DNA from: Candidatus Levyibacteriota bacterium | Lineage (GTDB): Bacteria > Patescibacteriota > Microgenomatia > Levybacterales > UBA12049 | Length of the DNA stretch: 42,163 nucleotides | NCBI GenBank assembly: GCA_016192645.1 | Contig: JACPTT010000018.1 | Coordinates: 1-42,163, forward strand | Direction: 5' to 3' | Part shown: positions 36,285 through 42,163 of the stretch, piece after piece | Numbering within the stretch: position 1 is the stretch's first letter | How the letters are laid out: each line of letters begins with the position of its first letter | Made by a program: the position numbers and the translations under genes | The notes under the pieces: model-generated | Database searches by the model: none | The model's input: the letters and a program-made list of their open reading frames with translations, nothing else | What the model was told of the DNA's origin: nothing

Positions 36285-36328
36285 CGTAAAATAAAAGCTT
36301 CTTAATTAGTTCCGTTTTTTACTGCTTC

Positions 36329-36494
36329 TTATTTTGCGCAGGATTTACAGTCGTTTTTGTGCGTCCAGGCAAGCCAAACAGCCGAAAGTCCTACTAGTAC
36401 ATATACTAGTTTTTCAAGCGCAGAATCGACACCAAGAAGAGCGCTAACGAGATTAAAATTGAAAAGTCCAGACAACCATGTGGAGTGCTTTCAA
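36329..36494 (-). pseudogene. DUF378-family small membrane protein with an internal deletion/frameshift (possibly an assembly error)
   Basis: SD AAAGGAGGTGA (36510-36500); TTG start gives MKALHMVVW, which continues in another frame as GLFNFNLVSALLGVDSALEKLVYVLVGLSAVWLAWTHKNDCKSCAK*. The family IGGLNWGL segment is missing. Confidence 0.75.
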
Positions 36495-36528
36495 AAATAT
36501 CACCTCCTTTCATTCCCTATCTACATTC

Positions 36529-36558
36529 AGTGTATGCAGAGTTGAGAACTAATGTCAA
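36529..36558 (-). promoter_or_regulatory. Sigma70-type promoter for the DUF378 gene
   Basis: TTGACA (36558-36553), 18-nt spacer, TACACT (36534-36529). Confidence 0.6.
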
Positions 36559-36592
36559 GCCTCTGAATTGCGAGACAGGGTGATTCAGACAC

Positions 36593-36623
36593 GAAAAATC
36601 CCGCCCATCTTGCGGGATTTTTC
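36593..36623 (-). terminator. Intrinsic terminator (potentially bidirectional) after the DUF5679 gene
   Basis: GAAAAATCCCGC-N7-GCGGGATTTTTC, 12-bp stem with A/T tails; an extra hairpin lies at 36631-36671. Confidence 0.8.
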
Positions 36624-36673
36624 CGTTTGCTTCTTGAAGCTGAAGAAATTCTTCAAAAGAATCTTCAAGAAAA

Positions 36674-36814
36674 CTATCCGCCAATTCTGTACATGCCTGT
36701 ACCACAAACTGGACATTTGCCTTTTAAGGCTGGTTTACCATTTTTCATGGTAACTTTTTGAGCATTTGGGTCGTCCCTCTTGCTTCGGCATTTCACGCAG
36801 TACATCGATGCCAT
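36674..36814 (-). CDS. DUF5679-like zinc-ribbon small basic protein (46 aa)
   Basis: Read manually: MASMYCVKCRSKRDDPNAQKVTMKNGKPALKGKCPVCGTGMYRIGG*. Two CxxC motifs; SD AAGGGGGGTGA 8 nt upstream. Not in the ORF track. Confidence 0.85.
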   Translation of the reverse strand: MASMYCVKCRSKRDDPNAQKVTMKNGKPALKGKCPVCGTGMYRIGG

Positions 36815-36953
36815 ATTATTTTTCACCCCCCTTCGTCCGCCGAAATTTTAATGAAGGCGGATTTCAAAATGCAAATGATCAATGTTTTTATCAACATAAT
36901 TCCAGACTTCGGAGGGGCAAGCCCCCTTCACCACGTCAAGCGTGGTTTCACTT

Positions 36954-37250
36954 TTAAAAGCTTATCTTTGGCAGTACAAATATCTGGTTTTTTAAAAGGA
37001 CAAAGAGGAAAAATTCTGCTAATACAATAAGACCTGTTAAAAAAACAGTTTTGGAGAGGTCGTTTATAAGATATTGATTTACATCTACAGCAGAGGTATT
37101 TTCTAAGGTAGAATTTTGTTGCCTAACTATTGGTGGCATGATTTTCTTTTCGGGTATGGTTTGCAAAGGAGTAGCTGCATTACTTGCTGTTTGAAGTTTA
37201 CGGCGAAGATCTGCAATTATCTTTTGCTGGCGGGTTTTCCTCTGCTTCAT
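36954..37250 (-). CDS. Hypothetical protein with a basic N-terminus and a C-terminal TM helix
   Basis: 98-aa ORF; divergent promoter TTGACA (37292-37287), 17 nt, TACTCT (37269-37264). Confidence 0.7.
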   Translation of the reverse strand: MKQRKTRQQKIIADLRRKLQTASNAATPLQTIPEKKIMPPIVRQQNSTLENTSAVDVNQYLINDLSKTVFLTGLIVLAEFFLFVLLKNQIFVLPKISF

Positions 37251-37263
37251 TTTAGATAGGCAA

Positions 37264-37303
37264 AGAGTACACTATTGACACGAAGCTGTCAAGAGGCTAA
37301 TAT
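37264..37303. promoter_or_regulatory. Overlapping divergent sigma70 promoters
   Basis: TTGACA-N6-TGTCAA (37275-37292) supplies both -35 boxes; plus-strand -10 TAATAT (37298-37303) and minus-strand -10 TACTCT, both at 17-nt spacing. Confidence 0.7.
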
Positions 37304-37313
37304 ATGTGCATAT

Positions 37314-37790
37314 ATGTTGTTCAACTTGGAGGTTATAGCTTTAGTTATTCTCTCAACCTGGCTTATTGTTTTAACCTTTTTATTCTGGCAGATCTTGTCC
37401 CACTACAATCGCCTCACTAAAGATGTAAGCAGTAAAACCCTCAAGGCCGTTTTAGAGGATCTTCTAAAAGAAGAAGGGGTTTTGCAAAAAGACATCGATT
37501 TTTTAAAAGTCCGCTGTGATAAAATGGAGAAAGAAAGTCTTTTGCATATACAAAAGATTGGACTTTTGCGTTTTAACCCATTTAAAGATACCGGAGGAAA
37601 CCAAAGTTTTATATTATCTTTAGTTGATGCAAACGACACCGGAGTTGTAGTCTCGGGTCTTTATTCGCGCTCGGGGACTCGCTGGTATGCAAAAAAAGTA
37701 ATCGAAGGTCGGGGAGTTGAACATGAATTGTCGGAAGAAGAAAAAAAAGCATTAAAAGAAGCAAGAAAGGCAGAACCTCCGCATGGATAA
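37314..37790 (+). CDS. DUF4446-family membrane-anchored protein
   Basis: TM, coiled coil, IQKIGLLRFNPFKDTGGNQSF...LYSR...YAK...LSEEE. Start ATG 37314 (the TTG at 37275 is the -35 box). Confidence 0.8.
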   Translation: MLFNLEVIALVILSTWLIVLTFLFWQILSHYNRLTKDVSSKTLKAVLEDLLKEEGVLQKDIDFLKVRCDKMEKESLLHIQKIGLLRFNPFKDTGGNQSFILSLVDANDTGVVVSGLYSRSGTRWYAKKVIEGRGVEHELSEEEKKALKEARKAEPPHG

Positions 37791-38979
37791 ACAAAGTTTT
37801 CTTTCAGATAAAAAGAAGATCGTTGTTACCCTTTTAATAATTATTGCTTATGTGATTTCTACCGGTGTTTCCTATGCGCTTTTTTCTAAAAAACAACCTC
37901 CACAAAAGACAAAAGTAGTTTCTCCTGCTGGTGTTCCTTCCGAGATAAAAGATGGCAGGATAGCATTTAATGGGGATTTGCCAAAGACCGAACCGTGTCC
38001 TCTAAATGGAGTTCTATACTCAAAAGAGCAGAGGCAGTGGTGGGAAAAACACCGACCCTTAGGCGTTATGATTGAAAACCATCAAGAGTCAAGGCCCCAG
38101 TCAGGATTTTCCTATGCCGATGTTGTTTATGAAGCAGTTGCCGAGGGAGGAATCACCCGGTTTTTAACGCTGTTTTACTGCCAAGATGCAGGAATAGTCG
38201 GTCCTGTTCGTTCGGCCCGGACCTATTATTTGGATTTTGTTTCAGAGTACGGAGATTACCCGCTCTATGCGCACGTGGGAGGAGCAAATACTCCGGGACC
38301 GGCCGATGCTCTCTCTCAGATTAATAGCTACGGGTGGAGCGCATATAATGATTTAAATCAGTTTTCAATTGGTTTTCCCACATTTTGGCGGGATTATGAC
38401 AGACTTGGACGAACCGTTGCCACCGAGCATACCATGTATTCAACAACAAGTAAGCTTTGGGATTTTTCCAAGTCTCGAGAGTTAACAAATGTGGATAAAG
38501 ACGGTTCGTTATGGGATGAGGGGTTTGTGCCCTACAGTTTTAAAGATGATGTGTCCTTATCGGAAAGGCCAGCCGCTCAAACAGTACATCTTGAGTTTTG
38601 GAAGAGCTATTCCGAATATTTTGTTGACTGGATTTACAATAAGGCAGAAAACAATTATAAAAGAAGCAACGAGAAGGCGATTTATACGGATAAGAATAAC
38701 AACAATGCAATAACGGCAAAAAACGTAGTCGTACTTTTTATGCAGGAGAGCAATGCCTATGATGGATACGAAAACAATGCCCATCTTCTTTATAAGACAA
38801 AAGGAAGCGGAAATGCATTAATATTTATGGATGGAAAAGAAATAAAAGCAACTTGGAGGAAGGATAAAAGAACAGCCCGAACACTCCTTTTTGACAGTAG
38901 CGGTTTGCCAATAAAGTTTAATAGAGGCAATATTTGGTTTGAAATCCTGCCCACAACAGGAGTAGCAGATGCTAAATGA
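37783..38979 (+). CDS. DUF3048-family (YerB-like) membrane-anchored protein
   Basis: RPLGVMIENH, RPQSG, ADVVYEAVAEGGITRF, GPVRSARTY, AHVGG. Confidence 0.88.
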   Translation: MDKQSFLSDKKKIVVTLLIIIAYVISTGVSYALFSKKQPPQKTKVVSPAGVPSEIKDGRIAFNGDLPKTEPCPLNGVLYSKEQRQWWEKHRPLGVMIENHQESRPQSGFSYADVVYEAVAEGGITRFLTLFYCQDAGIVGPVRSARTYYLDFVSEYGDYPLYAHVGGANTPGPADALSQINSYGWSAYNDLNQFSIGFPTFWRDYDRLGRTVATEHTMYSTTSKLWDFSKSRELTNVDKDGSLWDEGFVPYSFKDDVSLSERPAAQTVHLEFWKSYSEYFVDWIYNKAENNYKRSNEKAIYTDKNNNNAITAKNVVVLFMQESNAYDGYENNAHLLYKTKGSGNALIFMDGKEIKATWRKDKRTARTLLFDSSGLPIKFNRGNIWFEILPTTGVADAK

Positions 38980-39544
38980 TCTTATAACATCAAAATCGAG
39001 GACAAAACTACTGAGTGTTTTTCTCTCGTTTCCGTCTGAAATGTACCATGTACGAGAGCTAGTCCGAAGGACAAACGATGAGATAAATGCCGTTAGGCGC
39101 GAGCTTGCTTTTTTGGAGAAGAAGGGGATTTTAGCAAAAGAACCCCGTGCCAACAGAGTATATTACTCGCTTTCTAAAAACTATCCCTATTATTTTGCTC
39201 TTTTAGAGCTTGGGGCAAAGACTGCGGGCTTAGGCTTTGAAATTTTAAAAAACAGAGCAAAGCTTGGCAGGATTAAATATGCGATGTTCTCAGGACGTTT
39301 TGTTCGCAAAGTCAAAAAAGAACCAGAAGAAGTAGATCTTTTGGTTGTGGGAACAATTGTTTTGCCAGAACTGGCACTTCTTGTTCGAAATGAAGAGAAA
39401 AGAATAAATCAGGAGATTAATTATACGGCAATGTCTGAAGAAGAGTTTGGTTTTCGCAAGAAAAAGCATGACCCATTTATTAATTCAATTCTTTCAGGCT
39501 CGCGGGTGATGCTCATAGGAGACGAAGAGCAGATGCTTGCTTAA
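38969..39544 (+). CDS. Winged-HTH protein with a degenerate C-terminal nucleotidyltransferase-like domain
   Basis: SKSRTKLL...YHVRELVR...NAVRRELAFLEKKGIL...RVYY (wHTH); EEVDLLVVG and EINYTAMSEEEF (minimal NTase-like). Confidence 0.75.
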   Translation: MLNDLITSKSRTKLLSVFLSFPSEMYHVRELVRRTNDEINAVRRELAFLEKKGILAKEPRANRVYYSLSKNYPYYFALLELGAKTAGLGFEILKNRAKLGRIKYAMFSGRFVRKVKKEPEEVDLLVVGTIVLPELALLVRNEEKRINQEINYTAMSEEEFGFRKKKHDPFINSILSGSRVMLIGDEEQMLA

Positions 39545-39556
39545 TTTAGATCTTCG

Positions 39557-40831
39557 ATGAAAAATCCAAGGTTTCTTTTTTGGCTTATCGTTGTTTTAAC
39601 GGTTATTGCGGTAGTTATTGATTTGCCGAAAAGTCCGCTCTCTTCCGGCATTTTGTTAGGGCAATTTCGCCTGCAAAAGGATATTTCGTTTAAAAAAGGC
39701 CTTGATTTAGAGGGCGGAGTTAGCATTGCCTATCAAGCGGACATGGGAAAGATTGGGAGCTTGCAAAGAACAAACGCTTTGGAGGCAGCGGCGGCAATTA
39801 TTGAACGGCGGGTAAATCTTTTTGGAGTTTCCGAACCAATTGTACAGACGGCAGCCGTTAATGGAGACTGGAGGATTATCGTCGAGCTGCCAGGAGTTTC
39901 GGATGTAAATCAAGCTGTTCGTTTAATTGGTACAACGGCACAACTTGAGTTTCGCGAGGTTCTTTTGGCTACTCTTTCTGCTATTCCTACTGCTGAAACA
40001 ACACAGTCAACCGGTCTTACGGGAGCTGATTTAACGGCCGCTTCGGTATCGTTTGATTCAAACACCGGTGAGCCGGTTGTTCTTTTTGAGGTTGCAAGTA
40101 GCAGTCAAGAAAAGTTTTTTAAGGCAACGCAAAAACTGGTAGAAAAGCAAATGGCAATATTTCTTGATAACCAGTTTATTTCGGCGCCTACGGTTCGGGA
40201 GGCGATCCGAGACAGTGGCCAGATTAGCGGCGGTTTTACAACAGAACAAGCAAGAGCCTTAAGTATTCAGCTTAATGCCGGTGCATTGCCTGTTCCTCTG
40301 TCAATTCTGGAGCAAAGAACCATTGGCGCCACCTTAGGAGAAATTTCCTTGCAAAAAAGCTTATTTGCTGCTTTATTGGGTTTTTTGGTGATCGTTCTTT
40401 TTATGAGCATTTTATATGGAAGATTAGGTATTTTGGCAAGTTTAGCGCTAATTCTTTATACCTTTTTTGTTTTGGCCTTATTCAAGCTTATTCCGGTAAC
40501 ATTAACCCTTGCCGGCATTGGCGGTTTTGTTCTCTCAATCGGCATGGCAGTTGATGCCAATATCTTGATTTTTGAAAGAATGAGGGAGGAGATTCGCCGA
40601 GGAAGAGCGCGCGATGTTGCTACAGAGCTTGGTTTTTCAAGAGCCTGGAGTTCGATTCGAGACTCAAACGTTTCAAGCCTTATTACGAGCGCAATCCTTT
40701 ATTATTTTGGTACAGGTCCGGTTCGAGGATTTGCCTTAACCTTGGCGATTGGGGTTTTGGTTTCTATGTTTTCAGCAATTGTCGTAACCCGAACATTCTT
40801 GCGATTAGTATATAGAGAGGCTAGGGCCTAG
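39557..40831 (+). CDS. secD: Protein translocase subunit SecD
   Basis: GLDLEGG, RRVNLFGVSEP, RIIVELPG, AGALPVP, IGMAVDANILIFERMREE, VRGFALTL. Confidence 0.96.
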   Translation: MKNPRFLFWLIVVLTVIAVVIDLPKSPLSSGILLGQFRLQKDISFKKGLDLEGGVSIAYQADMGKIGSLQRTNALEAAAAIIERRVNLFGVSEPIVQTAAVNGDWRIIVELPGVSDVNQAVRLIGTTAQLEFREVLLATLSAIPTAETTQSTGLTGADLTAASVSFDSNTGEPVVLFEVASSSQEKFFKATQKLVEKQMAIFLDNQFISAPTVREAIRDSGQISGGFTTEQARALSIQLNAGALPVPLSILEQRTIGATLGEISLQKSLFAALLGFLVIVLFMSILYGRLGILASLALILYTFFVLALFKLIPVTLTLAGIGGFVLSIGMAVDANILIFERMREEIRRGRARDVATELGFSRAWSSIRDSNVSSLITSAILYYFGTGPVRGFALTLAIGVLVSMFSAIVVTRTFLRLVYREARA

Positions 40832-40876
40832 TAACTAATCTCTAATCTCTAGCCTCTAGTGACTAGTGACTGGAGG
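40821..40876 (+). repeat. Degenerate 7-mer array CT(A/G)-N4 x8 spanning the secD stop and the secF RBS
   Basis: CTAGGGC CTAGTAA CTAATCT CTAATCT CTAGCCT CTAGTGA CTAGTGA CTGGAGG. Confidence 0.85.
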
Positions 40877-40881
40877 AAATT

Positions 40882-41802
40882 ATGGATATTGTTGGCAAAA
40901 AGTATTTTTATTTTCTAGTTTCGCTTTTGGTTATTATTCCCGGTCTTATCTCGATTGCTCTTTTTGGACTTCGTTTATCCATTGATTTTCAAGGAGGAAG
41001 CAGGGTTGAAATTCAAAATTCAAAATTCAAAATTCAAAATTCGGAGGCAGAAGTAAGGGGTATATTTAGAAATCAAGGTATCGATATAAGCTCACTGCAA
41101 AAGTCAGGAGAGGATGTTTATATCATTAGGGCAAAGCCGATTGATGAGAAGGCATACGAGAAAGTTACAAAAGCACTTCAAGAAAAATTTAAAGGCGTAA
41201 AAGTATTGAGTTTTCAGACGATTGGGCCGACAATAAGTAGAGAGCTCACTTTAAATGCCTTCAAAGCCCTTGTTCTTGCTTCGGTTTTGATTGTTCTTTA
41301 TATTGCCTGGTCGTTTCGCAAGGTTCCAAAGCCGGTGAGCAGCTGGCGGTTTGGGGTTTGTGCCATCATCGCTCTTTTGCATGATGTTTTGATTGTGGTT
41401 GGGGTATTTTCGATTTTAGGAAAACTATTTTCGGTTGAAGTTGACAGCCTGTTTGTTACAGCTCTTCTTACTGTTATAGGGTTTTCGGTGCATGATACCA
41501 TTGTTGTTTTCGATAGAATACGGGAGAATCTAAGACGTATGCCGGAAGTTGCCTTTTCCCAAGTTGTGAATGCTTCGATTCTTCAGACGTTTACCCGCTC
41601 GCTTAATACATCATTAACCACCATGCTGGTTCTTTTTACCCTTCTTTTGTTTGGAGGAGAAACTCTTCGCTGGTTTATTGTTGCGCTTTTGATTGGTATC
41701 GCAAGCGGCACTTATTCCTCAATCTTCAACGCCGCCCCTCTTTTGGTAGTGTGGGAGGAGTGGAGTCAGAAGAGAAAATCTAACTCGAAAGTAATTCTTT
41801 AA
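40882..41802 (+). CDS. secF: Protein translocase subunit SecF
   Basis: SIDFQGG, IGPTIS, ALLHDV, GFSVHDTIVVFDRIREN, RSLNTS, GTYSSIF. Confidence 0.96.
   Translation: MDIVGKKYFYFLVSLLVIIPGLISIALFGLRLSIDFQGGSRVEIQNSKFKIQNSEAEVRGIFRNQGIDISSLQKSGEDVYIIRAKPIDEKAYEKVTKALQEKFKGVKVLSFQTIGPTISRELTLNAFKALVLASVLIVLYIAWSFRKVPKPVSSWRFGVCAIIALLHDVLIVVGVFSILGKLFSVEVDSLFVTALLTVIGFSVHDTIVVFDRIRENLRRMPEVAFSQVVNASILQTFTRSLNTSLTTMLVLFTLLLFGGETLRWFIVALLIGIASGTYSSIFNAAPLLVVWEEWSQKRKSNSKVIL
41009..41043 (+). repeat. 7-mer tandem array AAATTCA x5 inside secF
   Basis: AAATTCA x4 plus AAATTCG; translated as IQNSKFKIQNS. Confidence 0.9.
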
Positions 41803-42163
41803 CGATTTTACTCACCAGTCCTCCGTCGGCTTTGCCTTTGAGTTTTGGCATAACTGCTGACATAATTCTTCCCATGTCTTGCATTGATTTAGCCCCCGTT
41901 TGCTTAATTGTCTCAATTACCAACTTCTTAATTTCTTCCTCGTTCATTTGTTCGGGTAGATAGGCTTGCAGCATTTCCAGTTCCTTCGTTTCCTTATCAA
42001 CCAAATCCTGCCGGTCTCCTGCTTTGAATTGTTCAATTGAGTCTTTTCGCTGTTTTACTTCTTTCTGAATAACAGCTAATACATCTTCATCACTCGCCTC
42101 ATATCCAGCCCCGCCCTTTTGAATTTCATAATAGTTTATAGCCGAAAGTAACATCCGAAGGAC
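41780..42163 (-). CDS. GatB/YqeY domain protein, 5'-partial
   Basis: KEVKQRKDSIEQF...R.DL...E...L..YLPEQM...DMGRIM...GKADG; the frame runs off the window end. Confidence 0.92.
   Translation of the reverse strand, partial: VLRMLLSAINYYEIQKGGAGYEASDEDVLAVIQKEVKQRKDSIEQFKAGDRQDLVDKETKELEMLQAYLPEQMNEEEIKKLVIETIKQTGAKSMQDMGRIMSAVMPKLKGKADGGLVSKIVKELLSS

Noticed and set aside
36911..36946. Two small hairpins (GGGGC-AA-GCCCC and ACCACG-TCAAG-CGTGGT) upstream of the DUF5679 gene
   Set aside because: Short stems and single copies; cannot distinguish terminator, repeat or chance from the sequence alone.
38969..39544. MNT-HEPN toxin-antitoxin system
   Set aside because: No adjacent HEPN gene, and the NTase GS/DxD motif is degenerate; treated as a stand-alone regulator.
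438..40249. Numerous 60-160 aa alternative-frame and antisense ORFs in the track (e.g. 438-845, 3975-4298, 18465-18860, 21774-22214, 29418-29849, 36568-36753, 36758-37030)
   Set aside because: They overlap well-supported genes and show no recognisable motifs or initiation signals.
14764..41043. Tandem arrays considered as CRISPR
   Set aside because: Units are 7-9 nt with no unique spacers, and no cas genes are present.
1..42163. Alternative genetic code (TGA read as Gly/Trp)
   Set aside because: TGA terminates many clearly complete genes (e.g. rfbB, rfbD, tsaE), and no conserved gene is interrupted by in-frame TGA.

Overview
Low-GC, densely coding bacterial chromosome segment in genetic code 11. 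Gene content (class I LysRS, short TsaB and RF2, many small membrane-anchored hypotheticals, DPM1-like GT2 plus GT-C) suggests a Patescibacteria/CPR genome, probably Microgenomates; this placement is inference. Gene order: tdh-kbl-murB, a VapBC-like pair, an ACT-less aspartokinase behind a leader-peptide attenuator, lysS-B3/4, rdgB-serS, a 9-aa basic micro-gene, secA (5' frameshift), transketolase, NRAMP, prfB, ftsEX plus a circularly permuted M23 peptidase, tsaE/C/B, a nucleotide-sugar/glycosylation cluster, small DUF378 and DUF5679 genes, secDF and yqeY. No rRNA, tRNA, CRISPR array or intact transposase was seen. Main observations: (1) a Lys/Thr/Ile-rich leader peptide with 1:2/2:3/3:4 attenuator geometry upstream of a feedback-domain-less aspartokinase; (2) a self-contained MAKKRKKRR transcription unit; (3) many tiny palindromes and 7/8/9-mer tandem arrays, mostly in frame inside housekeeping genes; (4) repeated -10 boxes exactly 6 nt before ATG (leaderless genes), including a bidirectional pair; (5) a permuted M23 domain; (6) three probable local sequence errors or lesions (secA, DUF378, rdgB-serS). 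All calls come from reading the sequence by eye; no searches were run.
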